DNA from: a virus
Length of the DNA stretch: 64,000 nt
Virus record (IMG/VR): IMGVR_UViG_3300034283_001962
Location: 32,001 to 96,000 of that record
Reading direction: 5' to 3' (one strand)
The position numbers and the translations under genes are program-made. Positions 8,166-18,800 of this stretch are shown piece by piece; position 1 is the stretch's first letter; the number at the start of each line of letters is the position of its first letter. Under the pieces are notes generated by a model, which worked only from the letters and a program-made list of their open reading frames with translations, was not told where the DNA came from and did not search any database.

Positions 8166-8693
8166 TTAACCTACTTTCCTCAGTAATTCACTAAGTCTAA
8201 GTTCTGTGTAATCTTCTAATGGGATGACACTTAAAGCTTTCTTTCTGATAATGTGATCAGCTGCTTTTGTAGCTATCATTTGTCCACTTTTAAAGATCGG
8301 GACTTGGTTGATTCCTTTAGTCCATCCTTTAAAATCTTGTACCAGTTTTGATGACAGGGTTTTTTTGACATCTGCGAAATCAAACTCAAGCCCTTCAATA
8401 GAGATTGGTATCTCTCTACTGATAAGTTCTGATGTTTCGATTGTCTTAACCCCTTCTTCATATAATCTCAGGTACTCTGTTTTGTACCTTTTTTTCTCAT
8501 CATAATTGAATATATAATGAGCACCTCTTAAACCGTAACGGAAAACTACTACTGTAACAAACTTGGTAAGCTTGTAGTCCTGGGAGTCCGTACCTATCCT
8601 AATAGTCAAGTTGTTGTGTTCATTGACTTGTTCTAGAATATGATCTACCAGATTTACTATAGTACCATCCTCTTTTCTGAAGTACTTTTCCAT
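8166..8693 (-). CDS. RNase H-like YkuK/DUF458-family protein (likely start MEKYF at 8693)
   Basis: IGTDSQ...RLYEE...ATKAADH motifs; the annotated upstream start overlaps tRNA-Met. Confidence 0.75.
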   Translation of the reverse strand: MEKYFRKEDGTIVNLVDHILEQVNEHNNLTIRIGTDSQDYKLTKFVTVVVFRYGLRGAHYIFNYDEKKRYKTEYLRLYEEGVKTIETSELISREIPISIEGLEFDFADVKKTLSSKLVQDFKGWTKGINQVPIFKSGQMIATKAADHIIRKKALSVIPLEDYTELRLSELLRKVG

Positions 8694-8706
8694 AACGGTT
8701 TTGTTG

Positions 8707-8780
8707 ATGCAGGGGTGGGCCGACGATCCCACGTATTTCTAGGTTATGAGCCTAGCGAGTCACCTCTACTCTACCCTGCA
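8707..8780 (-). tRNA. tRNA-Met(CAT), possibly initiator-like; atypical T-loop
   Basis: Anticodon arm CTAGG-CTCATAA-CCTAG. Confidence 0.8.
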
Positions 8781-8790
8781 GTTTATAATG

Positions 8791-8862
8791 CGTTCCCACC
8801 AAGACTCGAACTTGGATCAAATGATTAACAGTCACCCGTACTAGCCTTTGTACTATAGGAAC
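8791..8862 (-). tRNA. tRNA-Asn(GTT)
   Basis: Anticodon arm GGTGA-CTGTTAA-TCATT. Confidence 0.9.
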
Positions 8863-8870
8863 ATTTAGTT

Positions 8871-8940
8871 GTAGCCCCAACAAGGATCGAACTCAGCAAT
8901 TGTTTTTTAAATTATAATGTAGTTTTCTATGACAATTACT
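8871..8940 (-). pseudogene. tRNA 3' fragment plus HNH remnant (CSNCHRKLHYN)
   Basis: Isolated GTTCGATCC T-arm half; CxNCH motif on the minus strand. Confidence 0.5.
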
Positions 8941-8941
8941 G

Positions 8942-9013
8942 CAGGGTTACGCAGAATCGAACTGCGACTGAAAGATTAGAAGTCTCTCGTTCTATCCATT
9001 AAACTATAACCCC
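8942..9013 (-). tRNA. tRNA-Arg(TCT)
   Basis: Anticodon arm AGAGA-CTTCTAA-TCTTT. Confidence 0.9.
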
Positions 9014-9071
9014 ATTATATTTAAATTCTCAATAACCTTTGTAAATACAACACATTATTTAATTAAACAAG

Positions 9072-9144
9072 TTCCCCCGCTGAGATTCGAACTCAGCCCC
9101 ATAGGTTAAAAGCCTATTGCCTACTACCAGTTTGCTACAGGGGA
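9072..9144 (-). tRNA. tRNA-Lys(TTT)
   Basis: Anticodon arm ATAGG-CTTTTAA-CCTAT. Confidence 0.9.
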
Positions 9145-9148
9145 TTAT

Positions 9149-9189
9149 AAAAACGAAAAACCCCTGTACCGTTTTACTGGCTCAGGGGT
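9149..9189 (-). terminator. Attenuator terminator upstream of tRNA operon 3
   Basis: ACCCCTG...CAGGGGT-TTTTCGTTTTT; 5' arm GACCCCTGAGCC alternatively pairs with GGCTCAGTGGGTC (9238-9250). Confidence 0.85.
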
Positions 9190-9220
9190 CTTAAAATTGC
9201 TATGTTAAAATTAACTTTTC

Positions 9221-9310
9221 TTAAGTTATAGCAAAAGGACCCACTGAGCCGAACTTCTCATTCGCTCTCCCGATATTATCTACTATAATATATGATGGTC
9301 TTGTTTGCAC
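9221..9310 (-). CDS. Leader peptide 3 (GTG start), MQTRPSYIIVDNIGRANEKFGSVGPFAIT
   Basis: 29-codon ORF; the block IIVDNIGRANEK matches the downstream tRNA set. Confidence 0.82.
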   Translation of the reverse strand: MQTRPSYIIVDNIGRANEKFGSVGPFAIT

Positions 9311-9327
9311 TTTAAAATTTTGAATCA

Positions 9328-9359
9328 CAATATTAAGAAATCTTTTTGATACTACCAAA
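9328..9359 (-). promoter_or_regulatory. Bacteroidota promoter (TTTG-N20-TAATATTG)
   Basis: One mismatch to TAnnTTTG; shares the TTTGGTAGT upstream box with the other promoters. Confidence 0.7.
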
Positions 9360-9363
9360 TTTT

Positions 9364-9828
9364 TTATTTTATTTCTTTTTCTGGTTCTGTTTTAAGCTGA
9401 TTTATATGAAAAATTTGTTCATAAACTGAGTCTGATCGCAATTTTGATAATTTTTTTACATGTTCATTAATCTTTTCTTTAAACATTTTCCTATTCCAAA
9501 TACACCAATATGTTTGAGCATCTCCTTTTATGTATATTTCAGTAAGATCAAATCCAAATTGTTCAATATCTTGAGCTTCTCTACCAGGTGTGTACCATTC
9601 TCCATAACCTATTATTGATTCATGAGGAAAAGAAACCATTCCTACTACTCTATCTATATCTTCGTCATCTTCTTCCTCATCATTAACTAAACCTAATTCT
9701 CTAAGTTTATTCTTACTTGCATCTTTCTTTTTACTAATAGATATTAATACTGGAAACTCAAATAGGTTATCTGTAAAATTAATATCAGGTTCGACAAGTA
9801 TTCCTTGTGGAGTTTTAGTTATGGACAT
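9364..9828 (-). CDS. Hypothetical protein
   Basis: 154-aa ORF. Confidence 0.6.
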   Translation of the reverse strand: MSITKTPQGILVEPDINFTDNLFEFPVLISISKKKDASKNKLRELGLVNDEEEDDEDIDRVVGMVSFPHESIIGYGEWYTPGREAQDIEQFGFDLTEIYIKGDAQTYWCIWNRKMFKEKINEHVKKLSKLRSDSVYEQIFHINQLKTEPEKEIK

Positions 9829-10414
9829 ATAAAACTTTTGGTATTTTAATTATATTTTCTTGTGGAAACTTTATTTTAAACTCCTCTACATATTCTCCAT
9901 CTGCTGCATAACTTGTATTTAATACAATCTGTTGAGCCAGATCATTTCTAGTCGCAAATGCTCCCATATCAATCTGATTAAATCCAGGTGAACATTTAAA
10001 GTAACTGTAATCATAATGACTATGTACCATATCCCAATAGATCATTCCTGGCTGTGTATAACTATTAATTGTTTTTTCAAATTCACTTACAAATGTAGGT
10101 ACATAGTAATTATCATCCCCACTCATAATTACATACTTTCCTCTACATTGTTGTTTACCTAATTCTCTAGGTGTATGTCCCCAATCATTATATCGCTTAT
10201 CCAAGTAAAGTACACGTATCCTTTTATCTATACCTTTTACTATATCAAAAAGCATACCTCTAAACTGATCTGAATAATCCAATCCATCCACTACCACCAG
10301 TGCTTCCCAATTCTCATTTGTCTGACATAATAAAGCACATAAAGTACTGCGTAATTCATTTATCCTATTATAAGTAGGTAACACAAAGCTTACCAATGGC
10401 TGATTATTTATCAT
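9815..10414 (-). CDS. GT2-family glycosyltransferase
   Basis: VSFVLPTYNR, VVVDG and GDDNY motifs. Confidence 0.85.
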   Translation of the reverse strand: MINNQPLVSFVLPTYNRINELRSTLCALLCQTNENWEALVVVDGLDYSDQFRGMLFDIVKGIDKRIRVLYLDKRYNDWGHTPRELGKQQCRGKYVIMSGDDNYYVPTFVSEFEKTINSYTQPGMIYWDMVHSHYDYSYFKCSPGFNQIDMGAFATRNDLAQQIVLNTSYAADGEYVEEFKIKFPQENIIKIPKVLYVHN

Positions 10415-10883
10415 AGTTCAGTCTTTTTACGATAAATAGTAACTTCTCTATAGTCATTAGTAACATTTGCAGGTGGTACATTTCTCAACATAAAACTAAT
10501 CTTCTTAATTCCCAATGTTTTACTAATAACCCTGTTGGCATCTGATACTTGCATCATATACTTACGTAAGTTCAGAAAGTCCACATCTTTATATGTAACT
10601 TCTCTTAAAGCAGGAGTATTGTCCAGTTTTCTAATAAGAGCCTGATACACCTTTTTACCTTGTTCTCTTGTACCTAAATTATTCATCTTAATGGAATTGA
10701 GGCGTTAAGTATAACTTCAACAGCATGACACATTTCTTCTCTTTTTGTTTCTATTGAAATATTAGAAATATATCCAGTTACTATTACATGTGTATTTTTA
10801 TTTTGGTAATCCTCTACGGCTTTCTTAATCAAAGATTCAAGTATCGCAAGATCATCTTTAGCTTCCCCAACTGTTACTGTCAT
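10411..10883 (-). CDS. Two small hypothetical proteins (10411-10686, 10683-10883)
   Basis: Coupled ORFs. Confidence 0.55.
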
Positions 10884-10886
10884 ATC

Positions 10887-11465
10887 TTAATATTTTGTAA
10901 TAGCAATTAGCTTATCATTACAGTGAAACTCAATTTTCTTAATATCAAAGCAGCCAACCTTCAGATTTTTAAACAAATCTATCGTTTTATGGCAATCTTT
11001 AGCGTGACAGTCCTCAATAAAATATACACCTCCACTATGAATAACTGGAAAAAGTGCAAAGAAACTGTTAATCTGAGCCTCAAATGTGTGAATACCATCA
11101 TCAATAATAAAGTCCCATGCTGGAATCTGATCCAATAATCTTATTAAATCTATCGGCTTTGTCTGATCAGCATAATGTAATGAACATCTTTTTCTATGAG
11201 CACTCTCAATATCCCGTAAGTTTTGATCAATATTAATATCAATTCCTGTATATGTAGATTCTTTACTTAACCATTCCAACCACATCAGCATTCCAGCACC
11301 CGGAAATCTAGGATCATTTATACCAATCTCCATCATATCAAAAACTACCTTATCCTCTCTTCTCATATAAGCTTCATAGACAGGAGTATAATTGTGCTTT
11401 TCATGGTGAAGATTACCTTTATCTGTACCGTACTTATTAGCTATATCAGTTAAGCTTTGTATCAT
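10887..11465 (-). CDS. Class I SAM-dependent methyltransferase (MycE-like)
   Basis: GTDK..H.Y, MEIGI, DFIIDDGIH and GGVYFIED motifs. Confidence 0.8.
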   Translation of the reverse strand: MIQSLTDIANKYGTDKGNLHHEKHNYTPVYEAYMRREDKVVFDMMEIGINDPRFPGAGMLMWLEWLSKESTYTGIDINIDQNLRDIESAHRKRCSLHYADQTKPIDLIRLLDQIPAWDFIIDDGIHTFEAQINSFFALFPVIHSGGVYFIEDCHAKDCHKTIDLFKNLKVGCFDIKKIEFHCNDKLIAITKY

Positions 11466-11617
11466 TTTAGCAAATTTAATAGTTTTTTCCGTAATAAACA
11501 AAAAAAGTGAAATTTTCCTATACTAGTAAGTATATATACTAACCTATATTCCTACTAACCTATATCTATATTTACAATATAACCTGCTACCCTTGAACCC
11601 TCCCCTCCCTCCACCCA

Positions 11618-11650
11618 CAAAGTTAGAGGGTTTTATCTATAACTTCCAAA
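11618..11650 (-). promoter_or_regulatory. Bacteroidota promoter (TTTG...TAACTTTG) at the head of the leftward arm
   Basis: Consensus match. Confidence 0.65.
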
Positions 11651-11799
11651 TTTCATTTTTAATTTTTTTTCCAAATTTCAAATTTGATGTATATATCTAG
11701 GAGTACTGACCCACCCTTTTGAATACCCCTACCTAAAAATTGCAGTTGGCGGTAGTCCCCGTCAACATTTATTACATACTTTAAACTAAAAACAGTTTT

Positions 11800-12201
11800 A
11801 TGAACATTCTACAGATTGCATCCCTCAGTGAAAGCGGTAAAGTTGGTTACAACACAGCTAACGAAAGTTTCTTTATTCCGGAAAGGCTCCGTGAAGATAT
11901 TAAACCTTTGTCCTATGCGCTGGTTGTTGACCAGAAAATTAACCTGGTCTACAAAAATGCTGCTGGTGATTACACCGACGCTAATGGTAACGTGCTTGAT
12001 GCTGATGCAGACCCAATCCAAACGGGTGAAACAGACATCAGGAAGACAATCAGCTTCGTCGGCTCATTTGCTGATTGCGTTAAAGCCAAGAATCAGCCTG
12101 CTATTCTTGCTAAAGCAGAAAGTAAGCTTATTGATAAGCTTGCTGATGACGCTATGGCTGAATTCGGCTTGACCGCAGAGCAAATGGATGCAACGATTTA
12201 A
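11800..12201 (+). CDS. Hypothetical protein, first gene of the rightward arm
   Basis: 133 aa, codon usage suggestive of high expression, followed by a terminator hairpin at ~12216-12250. Confidence 0.75.
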   Translation: MNILQIASLSESGKVGYNTANESFFIPERLREDIKPLSYALVVDQKINLVYKNAAGDYTDANGNVLDADADPIQTGETDIRKTISFVGSFADCVKAKNQPAILAKAESKLIDKLADDAMAEFGLTAEQMDATI

Positions 12202-12257
12202 TCGTTGTTTCTTTAGGAAGGGTGCATCAATTCGGTGCATCCTTCCTTTTATTTTTT

Positions 12258-12302
12258 ACTGGCAGGTGTTAAGGCCAGTGCGTTGCTTAATTGCAGGTCA
12301 CC
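12258..12302 (+). ncRNA. Pistol-ribozyme-like motif (lacks P1)
   Basis: ACTGGC a GGTG TTAAG GCCAGT GCG TTGC-loop-GCAG GT CACC parallels the pistol core. Confidence 0.45.
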
Positions 12303-12898
12303 ATGACATCCGAAGTTTTCGGTGTTATCATGAGCATTCAAGATGCTTGTGATTGGGATTTCAGGTAAATCCAGCACCAATACGAATTAGTAATACTGTA
12401 TTAGCTAAACGGCTAATACAGTATTTTTATATGTATGTATGTATATATGTATGTACATTTAGCTTAATTTCAATTGGTTTTCGTTGATTCATCTAATAAA
12501 TCCTCATTATATTAGATAATTTCTAAAGAGTGAAGTGTTTTCTCGGTGGTCAATTAGATAATATCTAATAAATGCTAGTTCTTATTGTAACTATTACCGA
12601 AGCTGGGATATATATGTATAATATATATTAATAAGGCAGGAGAACTAACATTTAGTACCACAACTAATTGATATTCAAGTAAATATATATTTATTTGTGT
12701 ATGCATTTGTGATGAGGTGGTTATACGATACAGAAACTGTCATTTATTGACTAACGATAAATATTTATCTTTTAATATACTAATATAGCATTATGGAACT
12801 ATTTATTAGTGATATACCATCTATTTATCACATAGATCCTTCTTTTCTTATTTTGATCCTCCAGATGATTATTAATTAATTTATTAAATAGTTTAAAA

Positions 12899-15800
12899 AT
12901 GAAAAAATTATCAGCTATTCTGTTTATTATTGCTATTACTCTGCTTATTTATGGCTTATGTATGATATTCTTTGTTGTTAAAGGAACAGATAAAGAGCTG
13001 TTATTGAGTATAATGGGATCATTCTTTATTGTTTCTTGTGGTCTATTTATTGATTCTTACAGTGATGTGTACCATTCAGCTGAGATGAAATATAAAAGAA
13101 AGATAAGAATAAAAAGTTCTATAATAGCTTGTGTTCTCTCATTTGGTACATTTGTTATAATATGGTTAAAGTATTAGAAAGATAAGAGCCTGAAATAGCT
13201 CTTTCTTTCGTAGAACTATTGTTCTATCTGATAATGGTGTAATTGAGCACCGAAACAGAAAACCCCAATTAATATAGCATTATGGCTACTAAAGGACTTA
13301 AATCATTGATATTTCCACCATTAGTAGATAATAAATATCATGTATCCTGGGGTACATCTAATGGCGTTGTTGGTGTAGTTGTTTCTATTGATACTGTTAA
13401 TAAGACAGTAGTAATGAAATCTCCACGTACTCATATACATTGGAAAAATCCTGTTAAATGGAGTGATCTTAGATATATTCGTAGAGAAGAACATAAACTA
13501 TTTAAAAAGTAAATATTCGGATGGTAAGACTATTAAAGAGCTTGAAATAGCTCTTTACACTTTTTTTCTAAATAATATATTATGAAAATATTACGTAGAC
13601 TTATACTTTGGGTATCTATTAGTAGTGTACCAACATGTGTAGTAATACTTGTTTGGTTGTTATCTTTTCAATCATTTGAATTGTTAGCTGTAGTAAGAGA
13701 TGAAGTAACTATTAAAATAAGTACCTTTTTTACTTTAGCAGGTTTGATTGCTGCTATAATATTACCTAATGAGATGATTGAAGATATGATATCTTAATTA
13801 AATAATATATATTAAAATATAAAAACTAATCTATGTACGGTTATAATTTTAGATATTACAATAGATAGAATAACTGATCTATTAAAATAAAAATTGATAT
13901 GGAATACAAAGTTCAAATAACCGATGAAGCTGGCAATGTTCAGCAATACGTTGTTAGCCGTAGTTCTTCTTCCGAAGATAAAAGTTTAAATGACTTCATT
14001 TTAGAAGCATTACGAATTTCAGAAGATAAACGAAAGCTACCATTAAAAACACAATGTCCAAACGGATTAGAGGTTTATCCTTCAATTAAAATGAAGTTTG
14101 AAAACTATGGCAGTCCGATACTTGGTGATAAGTTAGAAGCAATGTACATCACTTGGCGTGATTAGAATTACGGCTAACATTGTATAGCTGAAAAATGCTT
14201 CGCAGGTTGAGATGTACATTAGATCTGCGGTTATCTTGAATTAACAAGTATATTTTGGATTAAATAGTAAGTATTCAACTGAGTGCAGAAGAGGTAATAA
14301 TTGTAAAAATAAATAAATTATGAAAAACATATATGTTATATCAACAGATAAACCAAGTAGACTATACAAGACAAGGAATAAATTCTATTTAGAACCGTAC
14401 CCTGATAAATCCGTCATTGCTGGTAATCAAAATATCTACATCAGTAATGATGAAGAAATTAAAGAAGGGGATTATATAGGTTATCCAACTTTAAATAATT
14501 GGGTTCCTATTAAATATTTGGGTGGTGATTTAATAGGTAGTGAGAAAAAAATCATCCTAACAACAGACCAAGACCTTATCAAAGATGGTATTCAAGCTAT
14601 TGATGATGAGTTCTTAGAATGGTTTGCTAAGAATCCAAGTTGTGAATATGTTAAGATTGATAAGTTAGTTTTTTATGAGCATAAAAATTACAAAATCATC
14701 ATTCCAAAAAAAGAAGCTAAACAAGAAAATTGTTGTACTCCAATAGGTCAAATTAAAAGATATGTTGATTGTGTAGGATGTGACAGAAAACCTAAACAAG
14801 AAATAGTAGGATATAGACTAAATTCAAACATAAGTAGGGTAATGGTTGACAGAGTTTTACAATATTCAATGCCTAATTGGAATGATAAAGATAAATCTGT
14901 ATATTTTATTAGAGGTCATGTTGGAGGTTCTTTAGTTGCAAAGATGAAAGAATTAAAAGTTCTTGATTTATGGTTTACTCCTATTTACGAATCAGAAGAA
15001 GTTAAAAGTGATTGGATAAAAGAACATCATATTGACTATTACAAAAAAGAAGGTATGATGGCTGATAAACCTTTACAAGAAACACTTGAAGAAGTTGCTA
15101 AAAGATTATATGAATATCAATCTCAAAACCCACCCTACACAATTATTACACCAAAAGCTAAAATAGAAGGATTTATTGCAGGTGCTAAATGGCAAGCAGA
15201 GAGAAGTTATAGTGAGGAAGATTTAATTAGTTTTGCACACTTTTATTTTAAAGAAGAATTTAATTCAACAATGCAAACTTCTAAATCAACAGATGAAATC
15301 TTTAAAGAATGGTTTGAACAATTTAAAAAGAAATAGGATTATGAAAGCTTCTATACCGATAGTTGTAAAATTGAAAGAACAAATTAAAGTTCTTAAAAAA
15401 GAAAAAGCTCAATTTGAATCAATTAAACAAGTTTATAAAAAAGCTTATGAAGAATTAAATTGTTATTTTGACTCTATTTCAGATGAAGAACAACCTAAAG
15501 TTGCTAAAAAATTAGATAAAATCTTTAAAAATAATGGAAGCTTAAAGAATGAAAGAACTTAAACAAATTAAATGTTATTGTGGTCATACAATATATTGTG
15601 ATTATAGTTCTTTAAAATAACCTCAACCAGATGTTGATACATCAATTGAGGAGTATCATGGTCCTGAAAATTATCCTGCACCATAAAAGTATTAATCATG
15701 AAAGGTAAAAAAAAGAAATATAAAAAATGAAGAGTTTTTAATTGATAAAGAATTAGAAAAAGAAAAGAAAGAATTAGAAAAAAAAGAGTTTAAAGCACAG

Positions 15801-18800
15801 GTCAATCCTCTTAAAATAAAAATATTTACTGAATTATGTAATTCATTACATAAACATACATTTTTACACCAATATCATATTATCGGTTCTTTAATGAAAG
15901 ATCTAGAAGGAAAAATAAGTCCTAGAACAGGAGATGTTGACGATGATTATATAACTGATTTATATAATATTTTAGGTCATATTGATATTGCTTGTCAAGA
16001 TGAAAGTTTCTTTGGTAAGTGGATACAAGATCAATTAGAAATGATATTTGAGCTTTAATGGTCCTAAGAATTATCCTGCATCATAAAATGATTTAATATG
16101 AAAGTAGAGATACCTAATAAGATTTGTTCTCATTGTGGTAGTACTACTTGGAATAAAGTAAAAACATATAAAAGTTTATTTAATAAACCTTATAAATATA
16201 AATGTAATACATGTACAAATAGAAAAAGAAGAGAAAAAAGAATACCTATTCCTAGACTTCCTAGACTTAATTATAAAGTTTTAAGTGATGAAAAAACTTC
16301 ATTAAAACATCTATATAAAGATATTTTGACTGAAGAACAATTTAAAACATATATCAAATATAGGAGTGTACATTTTAAAAGATTGTTAGAAAGAAAAAAG
16401 AGAAAAATAGCATATTATAAAGCTTCAACTCAATTAAAAGGTACAGGTTTTCGTAAACTAGTAGCTAGATCATTAGGTATACATAGAACTGAAGTTACTA
16501 TTAATCAAGAAGAAAAATATCGTATTTATTTACAAACTTTAAGACAATGGAAAAAAATAATCAAACAATCACAACAGTCCCAGTAGATAAACTAAAAGTT
16601 ATTGAAGATAAGTCTTTTAATGTAGGTAACAAATGTATGGATATTTGGGAGAAAACTGGTGATAATAATACTTTAAGAATGGCTGTATCTACATTTCGTA
16701 CATCAATGCAAGCTATAAGAGATCAATCCAGATATAAATCAAATAAGTAATTATGAGTGATGTAATATATGCTTCAGGTATGTATGGCAAAGGTCGTGGT
16801 GTGTTAACTAGGTTACGCACCACGATAGCTGGTAATAAGTTCTGGTGGGATATAGCATGTTATAACAAACGATTTAATACCATACAAGAAGCAATATCTG
16901 AGATATCTGTAGACTTTGCACCATTTGAGTTAATATCTGATAAACCTCATCTGTTAATAGATAAAAGAAAAGAATTATGAGATTAGAACTGCCAGCAAAT
17001 AGAACCTTTTTTACCTCAGATCCTCATTTTCACCATACTAATATCTGTAAAGGTATTAGTAAATGGAGTGATAAGGAATCATGCCGTCCATATGCATCAT
17101 TAGATGAAATGAACAATGAATTAGTTAAAATGATGAATGTAGCTGATGTATATGATCATATTGTTTGTTTAGGTGATTGGTCATTTGGTGGTATTGAACA
17201 AATAACTAGGTTTAGAAATCAAATTAGATGTCAGAATATATATCTAGTTTTAGGTAACCATGACCATCATATTGCTAATACATCTAATACTGATATTAGA
17301 CAGCTATTTGCCACTATAGATAAAAGACTACATATAGTATTAGATAAACAAAATATTATATGTGATCATTATCCTATTATTTCTTGGGAAAATATGAATA
17401 AAGGATGGTGGCACTTACATGGTCATGTACATTTACCTCCAAAATATGCTTTAAACAAAGGTAAATCAATGGATGTAGGTGTTGATGGTTCTAGTATGAA
17501 TTTGTATACTTTTAAAATGTTACAAAGCATATTAGATAACCAACCTATTTCAATAAATGTATTAGCTAAAGATCATCATTTAAAAGAGGTAAACTACTAA
17601 ATCACTAAATAAAGTTATTATGAAACTTTCATCATCTGTCTTTGTAATTCTTTTTGTTATATTTTATATTTGTAGTTTAATTTGTATTTTAAGTAAATCA
17701 ACAACAGATAACTTTCTTTACATAAAAATATTAGAAGTATTAAGTATTATTTTATGTTTTATTACTATTTTTTGTGGATTTCAGTATAGATATGTAAAAA
17801 TGAAAGAAGAAAGAGATTTATATAGAAAAGCATTTATAAAAGAATGGCAAAAAAATTATATTCGTAGTATAATTAATGAAGAGACCGAAGCACATTTATA
17901 TGTAAATTAAAAGAATTAAAAATGAAAAGTAAAAAATTAGAAGTAATAGCAAGCAGCATATTAATGATTAGCTTTATTTCTATAATATGTTTATTATTAC
18001 ACTTACTTAAAAAATTAAACTAAATGGAAAAAAGTATTTCAATTCCAAGAACTGTTCTTGCTAAGTTGTATATGATGGCTAATGTATCAGTACATAATAA
18101 TTATAAGCAATACTGTTTTCGTATTAAAGAAATTATGGCAAATCATTCACCATTTGCAGATTTTTTTAATATACCTGAAAAAGAAATTAAAGAAGTAATG
18201 CTTTCTCCTAATATTTGTGAAGATGCAAAGATTCTTCTTGAAAAGTATATACCAAATAAAACCTTAGATAAGTATCATAGATTTAATGATGGTATATTAA
18301 GTGCAGATTGTGAAGGAATATTTATTGGAAAAGAAGCAGCACCTGTTGGTTTTATTCACAAATGTATTATATTTGAAACTTGTAATTATGAAATGATTGT
18401 TGAAAAAGAAAATAATTATACAATAATTAAGTTTAAAATTATTTAATTTTATAAAAATCTAAGTAAAATGAGAGTTTTAGTAGTTAAACAAAAAGAAAAG
18501 AAAGAGAATTTTGAAAAGACAGCTAAAGATCTTAAATTGAAAGACAAAAAGTATAATAAACAAAAAGCAAAAGTATTTAAAGAAACAATAATTAAGAAAG
18601 ATCGTCAAGGAAATCCTATTCTTTGGTATTGATCTTGTATTTTTTTAAAAAAACATAAGGGAAAAATGGCTGAATTATCAATTAAACAGATTCTAGAATC
18701 AGAGAGTTATAAACACCAAAAAGATATAGTAAAACGTGCTATCAATAAAAATGTTACACCTTTAAAAATAGATAATGGTTTATTTGCACCAGCAAGGTTG

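Noticed and set aside
11520-12890. Replication origin or genome terminus in the divergent region (ACTAACCTATAT x2, TATG repeats)
   Set aside because: Plausible from the strand switch, but no diagnostic iteron array; cannot be supported
14190-14300. Twister-like ribozyme (GAGTGCAGAAGAGG)
   Set aside because: Could not assemble the conserved twister core and pseudoknots by eye
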